The notes beneath the pieces were generated by a model that saw only the letters and a list, made by a program, of their open reading frames with translations, did not search any database and was not told where the DNA came from. This document shows, piece by piece, positions 1 through 11,741 of a DNA stretch of 64,000 nt (the stretch's first letter is position 1; each line of letters starts with the position of its first letter). The DNA is taken from the NCBI GenBank assembly GCA_025603075.1, contig MU626273.1, positions 62,001 through 126,000 on the forward strand. The letters run 5' to 3'. The translations under genes and the position numbers were made by a program. This DNA is from Neoconidiobolus thromboides FSU 785 (lineage: Eukaryota > Fungi > Entomophthoromycota).

Positions 1-1490
1 CAAAAGAAACTTAAACTTAAATAAAATTCTTTTCAGTTCATTTTTATATACTTAATATTGTTTATGATTATTTAATAATGACATTAATATTAACAATTTA
101 TTATTATACATAAGATGATCTTACATTTTATAATTTACAATGTTGGTTTGAATCTAAAAATTTTAATCAAAAGTTTGAAGCGTAAATGCTACCCAATTTT
201 CTATTAGTATTCCTCTTTTTTAAAAAGCATTATAAATTTCTAAAATACTATAGTAACGGTCATATTTATCACCAATCCTATTCATTTTATAATATTTAAT
301 ATTGATATAATTGGATAAAGTAATATAGAAATCAAAATATTAATTTCTCATAAAAAAGCATTCAAGTTGCATTTTTACTTTCTCAATCGTTACCCAACTC
401 CTTTTATTGCATTGAATTTAATGCTTTAAATTAAATATTTGAAAATTTTAAAAAAAAGTTAATTTACTATTTGATATTTGAATTAGTGGCGTAATGATTC
501 ATTTAATTGTTAATTTATTATTTACATTACTATCTAATAATCTTTCTATTTTAATATTTTAATATTTTAATATCTTTTATTTCTTTAAGTTGTTAGTTTA
601 TATCATTTTCTAAATGCATTTATTCTATTTATAAAGATTAATTAATAATGCATTTTTCATGACTTAGTAATTATATATTTGGATATTATTTATTATGTTT
701 CAGTATATTTGATAATTTACAATCTAATATTTAAAATTACATAATTACATAATAATTTGATACGAGACTATACCCAACTTAAGATAGAGTTACTTTTAAT
801 TATTTAATATTATTTATTAACTACTGAATTAACTATTCAATTAATAATTGAATTAAATATTTAAGAAAAGACTATTAATCTGTAAATATTACAACTAAAA
901 AGCTGACTATTATCTTTTAGTTTTTAATCTTTCTAACTTATAAAAATCAATAATTTAATTATACAATACAATAAAAGAACTCATATAGACTTCATGATTA
1001 AATAAAAAAAATTTCTTTGCCCAAAAATAAATTCTAGTCAAGAGCTTAAAAGTTGAAAGAGGAAGTTTTACTAAAAAAAATAAGCACTCGAGTTTACCCC
1101 AAGATTTTAAAGCTGACAATCCAAAAAAAATAACTCAATTATTTTAAATTAAACATACTAAAATTATACTAAATTAAAATTGATAATAGAAATAAAAAAC
1201 ATGTTAATAATTTTAAAATTTTTGGAGCTAACATACTAAAGGAATGGGGAAGTAGCTATGATTTCAATTAATATTATTAGTATTATTATCGTGAAGTCAT
1301 CTGGAGTTATTAAAAGGTATATAATATCATTAAAAAGAAAGCTAAGAATTTTATTTTAAACAAAAAATTATTATATTTTTAATTAGCTAGTTCTATTGAT
1401 TGATTCTAACTAGTTTTAATTTCATTTATCTATTTTAAAAAATTAATATTCCTTTTAAAAATAATTAAAAGCATCCAATATAAATTACTA

Positions 1491-2437
1491 ATGCATTTCA
1501 TAACTACTCTAATTTTATTATGTATATACACTATTTCACATATATCCTCCCAATGTAATCAAATCGTACGTCGACCTGAGATCCGTGAACTCAGTGCTAC
1601 TCAAGTACGTCGTTTTACTTCTGCTATTCAACAATTACGTAATCAAGGAGGTCTTGATATCTATGAACAATTGAGTGGATATCATTATAACTTTGCGGAA
1701 AATGCCCATGGGGTACCTGCCTTCTTCCCATGGCATCGAGAATTTTTAAGACGATTTGAATTGGAATTACAAAAAATTGATTCAAGTATAATACTTCCAT
1801 ATTGGGATTGGAGTATGGATTCTCAATCCCCTGAAAGAAGTATTATTTTTCGTAATGATTATTTTGGTGGTAATGGACGAGATGGAGATAATTGTGTAGC
1901 GAATGGACCATTTACAGGATGGAATGTTAATGTTCCTAATGTTCATTGTTTAAAAAGAGATTTTGATAATAATAGTACTATCTCTTCTTTTTATTCTCCG
2001 GAAGCTTTAGAATTAATTTTTATGCAATCCACCAATTATGATTCCTTTCGACAAACTATTGAAGGTTCTCCACATGCTGTTGTTCATGTTGGTATCGGTG
2101 GTGATGTAGGTGATTTAACTAATATGTTTTCATCTAATGATCCCCTCTTTTTTTTACATCATGTATTTATTGATCGTCTTTGGTTTGAATGGCAACAAAG
2201 ATATCCTAATTTAGCTAAGACTTATAATGGTGATATTAATGGAAATCAAGTATCTGCTAATGATAATATGATTCCATTTAATATTAGAGTGCAAGATACT
2301 TTTGATACTACTTCTAGTAGATATTGTTATACTTATGATAGATATTCAGCTAATTTACCTAGAAACCCACAAAATAATGGTAGAAATAATAGTAGAAATA
2401 ATGGAAATTCTCAAAATAGTAGAAATAATTTAAGTTC

Positions 2438-2511
<74 letters not shown>

Positions 2512-3023
2512 GAGGATCAACGACTAATATATCCTCAAATCGTCCAAATAATATGAATTTAAATAATAATAGAGGACCAAATAGATTAAATAATGGAAAT
2601 CAACGAATTAATCGTTTTAATCGTCGTCAATTATTAAGTGGTTTAACTAATACTTTATCTAATGTAGTTGGTTTGAATGACAATTCAAATGATTTATTAA
2701 ACTTAGGAAGCTCGAATAATAATTCGGGTGGTCTACTTAATGATTTAGGAAATGTATTGGACACTACTATTAATTTACAAATTGGTGATTATTCTAGTTA
2801 TTATGAATCTTTTAGTACATTACCCAGAGTTAAAATTACACCTGATGATCGTAGTACACGAAATAAATTAAGAAGCTGTAAACAGGTACCAGAAAGATAT
2901 TTAAAAATGAATAATATCAATGTGGATTATGTTAGGAAGTTTGAAACTAATATGAATTCTTTAATTGAAAGATTTAATTCTATTGATGATTATATGCCTA
3001 ATTCGCATCTTTTGGGATACTAA
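1491..3023 (+). CDS. Secreted tyrosinase / type-3 di-copper protein with Asn-rich linker
   Basis: 510-aa ORF with signal peptide. CuA motif YH..AHG...PWHR and CuB motif PHAVVH...NDPLFFLHH. Poly-Asn linker, then a C-terminal module shared with 53520..54938. Confidence 0.93.
2439..2510 (+). repeat. (AAT)24 coding microsatellite (poly-Asn)
   Basis: Perfect AAT run read directly; encodes 24 Asn. Confidence 0.97.
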
Positions 3024-3334
3024 GTGAGGGAAGATGATAATCTATATGTTATGTAGGAGAGCTGAACTTTTATACTTTATTAAAATAAGTTAATATTTAA
3101 TTGTGAATTTGCTATTTTTATGTTGTTTAGTCATTCATCAAATTAATTTTTTATTTGTTTTTATATATTTGTAATATTAGAATTATTCCTAATATTTTGA
3201 CTTAAAAATTTTGAACAATATCTATAAACGCAAAAATAGAATGCAAAATGAGGAATTTTATTCATAGATTTTAACTATTTTAAATTCAAAAAAAATCAAA
3301 TCTTTAATTTATTTTTATAGAAACCAACAATATC

Positions 3335-4303
3335 ATGACACTAATAGAAGATTTCAAAAAAATATCTAAAGGAATATTAATTTATTCTAAAGTACTTGAT
3401 ATTGATGAAGAAATTATGAATTTATATACCAAAAATTTCGAAGAAAAAGAGTTTGATTTATATCCCAAATTTAATCAAAGAGATAACTTGCATTATATAG
3501 AAATTGAAAGTAAGTAATAAATAAATAAATTAATATACAATATTGAATAAATTAATAATTTTGTTTCTTTATCTTTAGGTTTTAGTATCAATAAACTAAA
3601 TACTTTAAAATCTAAATTAAAGAAAACTGACTTTACTAATATCATTGAATTACAAATCTCTCAAAACAATAATTTATTAAATCAAACAGGGATAACTGGA
3701 AGTGTAATATGGAAATCAAGTTTTTTATTATCAAAATATTTATTGAGTATCTATACTTTATTCGAAGGTAAAAATGTATTAGAATTAGGTACTGGTACTG
3801 GAATAGTTGGTATTACTTTGTCTAAATTGTTAGTAAAAAAGAAAGTCAATTTCGAATTGATATTAACAGATCAAGAGATATTATTATCTCAAATACAAAA
3901 AAATATGGCACTAAATGGGTTAGACAAAGTATCCAATGTTCATTGTAAAGAGTTTAGTTGGGATACCATAACCGAAAATAAAATTACCACATTAAATAAT
4001 TTTAATCAATATCACTGGATCCAACAATATTCTACTGGGTTTGATATTATCTTATTATCCGATTTGATTTATAATGAAAATGTTAATTTATTATTAGTTA
4101 ATACCATCAAATTGTTATTAACTATTAATTCACAGGCTGTATTATTAATAGCTCAAGAATTAAGAGCTGCTTATGTTATTGAGGAATTTATTAGTTTATT
4201 ATTTGAGAATAATATTTGTTTAGAAAGAGCTATATTTAATGACAATACTAACTTGCCTAATAATATTGTTATCTATTTGGGGTATTTGAATAAGAAGGAA
4301 TAA
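3335..4303 (+). CDS. Protein-lysine methyltransferase, METTL21/Rkm5-like (family 16), spliced
   Basis: Intron 3510..3578 (GTAAGT...TTTAG) joins ORF 3335 to ORF 3743 in frame. Motifs TGSVIWKSS, VLELGTGTG (SAM motif I) and DIILLSDLIYN. The true start may be further upstream. Confidence 0.82.
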
Positions 4304-4367
4304 AAAATAAAATAAAATAAAATAAAATAAAATAAGTGCTTTACCCCATTGATACTATTTTACTTTT

Positions 4368-5111
4368 TTATTTTATTAATTTTGAATAAAGTAACTCCAA
4401 TTTATTTAAAACTTGTTGGATTTCATTGACTGCTGATTTTCTATTATTACGCACCTGTTCATTTAATTCATTAGTTGTTTCGTCAATGGCTGATATATTA
4501 TCTAAAGTGAATAAACCTTTAATTAAAGATTCATTTAAATATAAATAACTTTTTTCGATTTCTTTTTTTTCTTCTAAAGTTAATGCAACATTTTGTTTTT
4601 TATCACAAAATTCAATAAATGAGTTAACTTCTTTTTCTACTAAGTTTAAAGTGTTGTTTACTGAGGACCTTATCTGTTCATATTGTCGGGTTTCAAAAGT
4701 ATTGGATTTTTCTTCAGATTGAATTTGTTTCCCCTAAAAGAGATTAAAATTAATTTGGTGATAAATTTCTTAATGAGATAAGAAAATGAACTTACTACAG
4801 ATACTAATAAAACAATTTTAGAACGAAAATTAATACCATAAGAAGCTAAAGAAGCTAGATCATCTTTCATCTTTGCTAATCAAAAATTAAAAATAAATTA
4901 ATAACTGACTCTTAACTATTATTATATCATTAAAAAATAAATAAAATTTACCACCAGCATAGATCAAAGTAATGTTCTCCTTCAAAATATTAAAATAATT
5001 ACTACATTCTTCTTTCAATTGACTTAAACTTATTTTATTTAATTCCCTTTCTGAAGTTAACTCTTGGTATAATACAACCTTGTTTTTACCATAAATAATT
5101 GTTATTCCCAT
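4368..5111 (-). CDS. BAG-family co-chaperone (ubiquitin-like domain plus BAG domain), 3 exons
   Basis: UBL-like N-terminus (LKEEC...LIYAGAKMKDD...LASYGI). The last exon, translated by hand, gives LNESLIKGLFTLDNI...RNNRKSAVNEIQQVLNKLE, a BAG helix pattern. Stop TAA at 4368..4370. Confidence 0.8.
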
Positions 5112-5344
5112 TGTAGTATTGTTTATTTAAGCTATTTGGATAATTAATTTATTATAAAACCTTTTACTTTTTTCTTTTGAGAATTTATTGTTGTCATAGC
5201 GGCTTATTGCAAAACTTGATAAATTTTGCTTCAATTGCACAAATTTAGTTCAAGAAGTTAACTGCGGACTTTTATTCTAAAAATTAAAAATAGAATACCA
5301 AGTGCATAGTAATAATATTGAGTAACAGGTTAATTAATATAGAT

Positions 5345-5443
5345 GGGGATGTATTTTTGTGTTTAAGAATTTTACTAACAAATTTTCCACTTAAATAGCG
5401 CTTAAAAAATGGAAAAAATAATGAAGTCAAAAAAAACACCCCC
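5345..5443 (+). mobile_element. MITE family 1 copy 1 (TSD AGAT/AGAT)
   Basis: GGGGATGTATTTTT...AAAAAAACACCCCC flanked by AGAT on both sides. Confidence 0.92.
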
Positions 5444-6440
5444 AGATATTGACTTTTTTCATGAATATTGAATACTGATGGATATAAGTTAGCAAATAAC
5501 TTATGCTATTTAATAATAAAATAAATATATATTGATATTGGAGAAATCTAAGATGATTCATAATATGGGGGAGTCTAATCAGGTTTGTTACGAAAGAAGA
5601 ATGAAATATAAGTCTATTATAAGAAGATATAGAAATATGGGAAGAAGCTAAGTTATAGCTCTAAAAACGCAATAAAAGTCTATTTTGCATAATTTTAGGT
5701 AAGAAATAAACAAGAAGATGAAAAATTAGATGAGTTTTTTGGTACATGATATAAGTAAACATAAATAAAATGATTTTATTTATTAAACATTAAAAGTTAT
5801 ATGTTAGGTTCTATTATTTTGAAACTCTTATATTATATATAATCGATTATGTTCTCTTGTCCGGTAAAATATTAAGAATTTTACTTTGGATCCCTATTAA
5901 AGTAGATAAACTAACTGTTGGTTTAAAATTACTTTATAATTAATATAATACAAAAGTATTCCCAATTATAATAATAAGGTTTAATATCGAGATAAAACGA
6001 CTAAACAATTTTACTAAATCCAACATTTTTTTTTTATAGTAAATTGCTATTAATAAACTGTCTAAAAAAATTAAAGTTGTAAGCAATAAATTTCCGTTAT
6101 GATTGATAATCAAAAACTAAAAGTTAATTTTAAGTAAAAAAAATGGAGTAAATGAGATTGATATTTTATTAATGTTAAAACATTGAATAAATTTATTTAA
6201 CAGTATCATACTCAATAGTTAATAAAATCAAACTAACAATATTATACTATAAAAAATGTCCCCTAAAACCGAATGATATAAAAGCTCAAGAAAATCAATA
6301 TCGATTTTTTAATTTAATAATATTAATAGAATAGTTTTACTATATACTTTACCATCAAAATTCCTTTTTTTTACCTTAAGAAAGCTCCATTTTACCTATT
6401 TATCCACACATTTTATAAATAATATTTCATCTTTATCACA

Positions 6441-8180
6441 ATGAAATTATTTTCAACAAACTTAATTTTACTTACATGTACATTATTACTACCCATTGTC
6501 ACTGGAATTGCCCCAAATCAATCGGATGCTAAACCAAATGAAGCTCAAGGTATCTTATCAGCTGATGTATTAGAAAAAGCAATGATCTCCACTTTTAGTA
6601 AAAATGAAGATAATACCAAAGCTAATTTATCTGCTGAAGATGTTGAAGCTATGAATTTAGCACTTACCATGGAATATTTAAAATTTAGTTTCTTACAAGA
6701 ATATCTATCTTCAGGTTCTTTTATTAATAATCGTCATAATGGACATTCTCATGATCATCATGGTCATGCTGATAAAAAGTCAAATGAAATTTATGTTGCT
6801 GATGAAGCTAGAAATCCTACCGAAAAATTAACCAAGAGATCAAAGGTTGGTAAGCCAAGTAAATTAGATCAAAGTGAGATTCAAAATTCTTCTAATATAA
6901 AGAATTTAAAGAATTTGAATATTGCTAGCGATACTAATACTGAAAGCGTCAGCAGCAGTAGTAATGCTGAAAGTATGAGTACTAACAGCAGTAACGAAAG
7001 CATGAAGGTTGATAGTAATGCTGAAATCATGAATAGCAAGATTAAGAGTAGTGAAAGTGTGAATTGTGGCGCTGATAGCATTGACTGTACTAATAGTAGT
7101 AGTGAAAAGGAAAATAGATTAATTAATAATGAGACTGTTACTGATAGTAATGAGAGTTTAATTCCAAAGGGTAGTGAAATGAATGAAAACAGTAGTACCA
7201 ATGAAGGTGAATCTAGAGTAGAATTAGACAATAAAATGCTAAATACCAGGGATGGATTAAGAAGGATAAGAGAGCATACCAATAATTACATCAATGTCCT
7301 TACTAAAGCTATTCGATTACTTGGTGGAAATCCATTACAAAAATGTAATTACAATTTTGGATCAGCTACTAGCTCTTTATCACCAGCAGATAACATGTTG
7401 ATGTTATCTCGAGCTTTTGAAGCCATGACGATTCAAGTCTACAACGGTTTTCAAGGAATCATGTCAAATGGTAAACTCCGAGAAATATTATCCTCAATGA
7501 CTTCAGTACAAGCCTCTCATTTAGCATTTTTAAATATGCATGCTAGACAAGAATTATTCAGTGAAAGTTTTGATACTATAATGAGTGCACGTCAAGGTTT
7601 ATCCTACTTTAAAAAATACATTTCTTCTTGTCCATTTGCCGTACAAGGTGGTACTTTCCGTACTTTAAATTTAAGACCTGAGTCTGGCCCTATTGGTTCT
7701 AAACTTATGGTTGGTGTCATGAATATCCGTAATGATTTAGGTGTTGAACAAGAAGCTGATACTAAATCGGATATCAAATCGGATGCTTCTGCTTCCATTG
7801 ATAATACCATCCCAACCCCTATCCTAGCAGATAACAATAATAGTACTAAGATGAACTTTAATTCTACTACTCAAGATACAAGAAGCGCTACTGCTAATGA
7901 ATATTGTTTATTTATTAGTGGTACTCAACAGATCTTTTCCGATTATAATCGTGGTTGTATTGTACCTAATAATCTACCAGGTGGTATTGCTTTTGTTCAT
8001 TTGGTACGTGATCGTGTACGTATTACTCCAACTAAAATTGATCATGTTTTGGCTGGTCCTGCTGCTTTCGATGTTATTCCTCAATCTGGTATTTTTAATC
8101 CTAGTTTCCCCATTACCAATGATGAACTTATTAATAACCCAGAGGATTTAACTCGTGGTAAAACTACACAAAAGGATTAA
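6441..8180 (+). CDS. Secreted ferritin-like (Rds1-like, Ferritin_2 type) protein with low-complexity insertion
   Basis: Signal peptide. Helices LALTMEYL, TKAIRLLGGNPLQKCNYNF, RAFEAMTIQVYNG and SVQASHLAFL, plus FDTIMS...YISSCP, follow the pattern of fungal Rds1 proteins. Confidence 0.72.
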   Translation: MKLFSTNLILLTCTLLLPIVTGIAPNQSDAKPNEAQGILSADVLEKAMISTFSKNEDNTKANLSAEDVEAMNLALTMEYLKFSFLQEYLSSGSFINNRHNGHSHDHHGHADKKSNEIYVADEARNPTEKLTKRSKVGKPSKLDQSEIQNSSNIKNLKNLNIASDTNTESVSSSSNAESMSTNSSNESMKVDSNAEIMNSKIKSSESVNCGADSIDCTNSSSEKENRLINNETVTDSNESLIPKGSEMNENSSTNEGESRVELDNKMLNTRDGLRRIREHTNNYINVLTKAIRLLGGNPLQKCNYNFGSATSSLSPADNMLMLSRAFEAMTIQVYNGFQGIMSNGKLREILSSMTSVQASHLAFLNMHARQELFSESFDTIMSARQGLSYFKKYISSCPFAVQGGTFRTLNLRPESGPIGSKLMVGVMNIRNDLGVEQEADTKSDIKSDASASIDNTIPTPILADNNNSTKMNFNSTTQDTRSATANEYCLFISGTQQIFSDYNRGCIVPNNLPGGIAFVHLVRDRVRITPTKIDHVLAGPAAFDVIPQSGIFNPSFPITNDELINNPEDLTRGKTTQKD

Positions 8181-8386
8181 GCGGAATATTTTGGAATTAC
8201 TGGCCATTTTTATTATTTATGTATTAAATTTTATATACCATTTTATGTTATCATTTTAAATTTTAAATTAGTTTCTTGCTTGATATTATATTTTCATTAT
8301 TTGAATCTAGTGTAATTGATAAAATTAGTATAATTCAAATTAAAGTAATTTCCAGTCAAATTAATCTGGAATCATTCTGAGTATAT

Positions 8387-8478
8387 GGGGATGTATTTTT
8401 ATTTTTTTACTAACAAGTTTTTCGCTCAAATAGTGCTTAAAAAATGGAAAAAGTGATGAAGTAAAAAAAAATACCCCC
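8387..8478 (+). mobile_element. MITE family 1 copy 2 (TSD ATAT/ATAT)
   Basis: Both TIRs present, short internal deletion. Confidence 0.9.
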
Positions 8479-8516
8479 ATATAGTTAAATTAAAATAATA
8501 ATAGTTTCTAACATTT

Positions 8517-8612
8517 GGTGATGTTTTTTATTTCATTACTTTTCCATTTTTTAAGCGCTATTTAAGTGGAAAGATTATTTAGTAAAATTCTTGAACAAAA
8601 AAATACATCCCC
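8517..8612 (-). mobile_element. MITE family 1 copy 3 (TSD ATTT/ATTT)
   Basis: Reverse copy, GGTGATG...ACATCCCC. Confidence 0.9.
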
Positions 8613-8874
8613 ATTTTGTAAGCAAGAATCAAGCCTTATATATTAATTTTTATATTTGACTTTGTTTTCCTTGTAGCTTTAGCTGTTTACAAACTTTTTG
8701 TACCTTTATATTTTATCCTCTAATAGAAAAAATTCAACTAAAAGATTGATAATAATAAAAACATTAATAAACATAATAAAAAGATAAAATTTTAAACAAA
8801 AATCAACTATTAAGTTAATCAGGAGTAAAATTAAACAAACTAATAAAAAATCTAGCTATTTTTTATTAGTATAT

Positions 8875-8957
8875 AGGGCTGTATTTTTTATTTAAGGGTT
8901 TTATTAGCAATTTTTCTGCTTAAATAATCATTAAAAAAATACAATAATGATCAAAAC
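8875..8957 (+). mobile_element. MITE family 1 copy 4, degenerate, right end interrupted by copy 5
   Basis: ATAT|AGGGCTGTATTTTT...TTATTAGCAA...TAAATAATCATTAAAA...AATAATGA aligns to the consensus. Confidence 0.72.
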
Positions 8958-8961
8958 AAAT

Positions 8962-9058
8962 GGGAATGTTTTTTTTGACTTCATTATTTTTTCCGTTTTT
9001 AAGCGCTATTTACGTGGAAAATCATTAGTAAAATTCTTAAACACAAAAATACATCCCC
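8962..9058 (-). mobile_element. MITE family 1 copy 5 (TSD AAAT/AAAT)
   Basis: Reverse copy with both TIRs. Confidence 0.92.
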
Positions 9059-9089
9059 AAATATTCAATTTTTTTTAAAACTATAGAAT

Positions 9090-9128
9090 AGAGAGTGTTT
9101 TTTGGTTTTATCACTTTTTCCATTTTTT
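9090..9128 (-). mobile_element. MITE family 1 copy 6, partial
   Basis: AGAGAGTGTTTTTTGGTTTTATCACTTTTTCCATTTTTT matches one end of the reverse consensus. Confidence 0.6.
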
Positions 9129-9577
9129 ATAAACCATAATGAAATTCGTGAAAATCTTATTAATATTTAGAATAAGTTTTAACCTACTGGCACATTCACT
9201 CTAAAGAGATAATTTTATAAATATTAGATAAGTAAAATCCTATGTTCTGATTTATAGTGCCACTTAGTTTATACCTTTAAACTGAGTTACAAAGTAATAT
9301 GATAAAATCGATATAAAATTAAAATCAATTATTAACTAATTAAAAAAATAATTGAAATTCATAGTTAAAATAAAATTATGCTTTATAATCTTATAAAGTC
9401 AACAATAAAAATAATAAATCATTAAAGTATACAAAAATTAAAATTTTTATTTAACTTTTGTCAAATTTATCAATAATTTGTTAGAATTAACACAACACAT
9501 AGGTAATTATTAAACTAAAGTCACCAACTTTGTAGCCAAAACTTAAATTTTATTCTATACTTATAACCTACAGCTAT

Positions 9578-10717
9578 TCAATCTTTAATCAGACTTACAA
9601 CTCCTTTAGCACTATTCTTACGAGTATCTTAAAAAATAAAACTTGTATTCATTAAGTTATAAAATAAACTACCTGCACTGACCAAAAACTGTCTTCCAAA
9701 ATCTGACACCATTTTTTTAGCTATATTACGATTGAGTCCAATAAGTTCACCACTGTAGAATAGAATTAATACAAATAATATACATAAAAATAAACTTACA
9801 GATTTGTGACATCGAAAGGTGCACGTAGTTCAATTGGACTTTCACACCCTGAGGTAAAGATAAGATTTTTTGCTTTTAAAGCACGAGCTAGTAAACTAGC
9901 ATTAGAAAATAAAAATTTTCTAGAGTCAATATCTAATCATATAAATTACATTATCATACTATTAATAAACAACCCAACTATTTACCTCTTATAGCATTCC
10001 CATACTTTACTTCAAAAAATATGTCTCTTTCAAGCCCAGGTTGTACGGTGGAATATTTGATAAAATAGGGTAATCGACAGTTAAGAGTTATACTAACTAA
10101 ATCAATATCAAGGTTTTTCAATACCATATTCAATACTCTCTCATCTCCTTCAACTTGGGCAGCTATAATATCATACTGGTTGATAGCATTAGGTGTGTTA
10201 TTAATTCCTTTTGCGTCATTGGCTTGTTCAATGATCATCGTAAGTCTGGTATATATATGCAATCCAAATAGTATTGTTTGCTCATTTTTTCTAGTTTCTA
10301 TTGGCTTCTGATCATCGCTTTTGATCTTTTTTGTTGGTCGTTCTTTTTCTTCTTCTACAAAGTCAAGCTCTGTAACTTTATCAGATTTCGTTTGTTGGGC
10401 TAAAATCAAGTTAAATTGATGTTGATGTTAAACTGTATTTTTAATTACCTTTTATTTTTTTTAATAAGCCTAATATTGGATTTACCTTTGGAATTACAAG
10501 TTAATATATTTTAACTAAATTACATTATAAATTACATGATTTTGAGTTAGTTTATCTTTAACAGTATGTTCAATGGCAACTGCATTGTATCCTACTATTT
10601 ATAACAATTAACTTATTTTCGTTATTTTTAAAAAGTATTACAGTATTGAGCTCTTTTTAATAGCTGAGTAATTTTATCAATATCTTCATTAAATGGAATA
10701 CAAAAATCATAAAACAT
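9578..10717 (-). CDS. RPP1: RNase P/MRP subunit p30, multi-exon
   Basis: Exons translated by hand: MFYDFCIPF, GYNAVAIEH, IYTRLTMII, YDIIAAQV, DIDLVSI, RLPYFIK...FFEVKYG, KNLIFTSGCESPIELRAPFDVTNL. Start ATG 10717, stop TGA 9578..9580. Confidence 0.87.
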
Positions 10718-11133
10718 TTTAATTAAAAAGATCGAATTTGTTCAACTTTTATTGGCTTTAGATTTAAGATTATTTATTCTCAACAATAATATTTATATAT
10801 GTGCACTTTATAAATTTTATTTATATTATCAAGCTAATAGGGGTTTAATCTGTATTTAGTTACAATTATCTCACTATATTAAACAAAGTGCAAAATGTTA
10901 GATATGATAAAGTAGAACTTCACTATACAAACTTCATTGTTTTTATTATGAATAGTATATATTATCAACACATTTCACTTAAATACCAGTACACAAGTCT
11001 AAGCTTGAAGTTATAATATTAAATTTTACAACTAAACTATAACATTAAATGAAATAAATCGAAACTCATTTAAAAATAACATTTAAGACAACTTCTACCT
11101 AAATAAAATCTTTTACTTTTAAAACAAAGCGCC

Positions 11134-11741
11134 CTATTCTTCAATCTTTTTCTTGCCAACCCAAAGCTTCTTAAAATATTCAGTCAATCCAACATCTTCT
11201 GTGTTGATTAAATAACATCCATATATAACTCCGGCAGTTAAAAGATATTGAATTCCAGTAACAACTTTATTGAGCACCGGTGTACGACGGGTAGGTAAAT
11301 AATCAGTGACTACAGTAGAAAAGCCGATATGAGTATGAATAGGTACAACGAAACCCAATAAAAAGTCGTTGATAGGGTGGCCACCATAGATGGCACTGAC
11401 ACCTAACATGGGTACTAAAGCGAATGACAAACTACGCTCGATCATCCAATGCCATGAACCTTCCCAACGATTTACTAAAAGTTTTTAAGTATTTGTTATA
11501 ATGTAAAATATTAGTTATAACTTACCTTCATGAAGTGGAACTTCGTCAGCTAAAAACAGAATTTGTTTAGTTAAATTTAATTAATTTTGTATAAAGAATT
11601 ACTACTCTTTGTTGAAGTGTAACGGCTTCCTTGATAGATTTGAACCTTGTTTGATGGCTTACATGCCATGGCCTTTAACAAAATACCATTATTTTTATAA
11701 GCTGCTTTTAAGATGCTCTGTTGTAATAATTTGGAGGCCAT
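11134..11741 (-). CDS. SDH4: Succinate dehydrogenase cytochrome b small subunit (CybS), multi-exon
   Basis: HWMIER, DFLLG, PIHTHIGF and VTDYLP motifs; presequence-like MASKLLQQSILKA at ATG 11741. Confidence 0.9.

Noticed and set aside
4304-4334. (TAAAA)n run, and similar (AATA)n and (ATTAA)n runs near 58022 and 57575
   Set aside because: Ordinary AT-rich microsatellites in UTRs and introns.
5344-5444. First reading of the MITE as TG...CA ends with a 2-bp TSD
   Set aside because: The bases outside are almost always A and T and match on both sides, and copy 16 has TTAT/TTAT. This shows a 4-bp TSD and GGGG/CCCC ends.
5560-5770. Purine-rich, stop-riddled frame (EDIEIWEEAKL...VFWYMI) that might be a decayed gene
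   Set aside because: No recognisable family; AT-rich noise cannot be excluded.
6881-8151. Hydrophobic-looking antisense or alternate-frame ORFs overlapping real genes (also in AVT3-like, MIP1, kinase, ATPase and chitin synthase genes)
   Set aside because: Shadow ORFs of the coding strand with no independent motifs.
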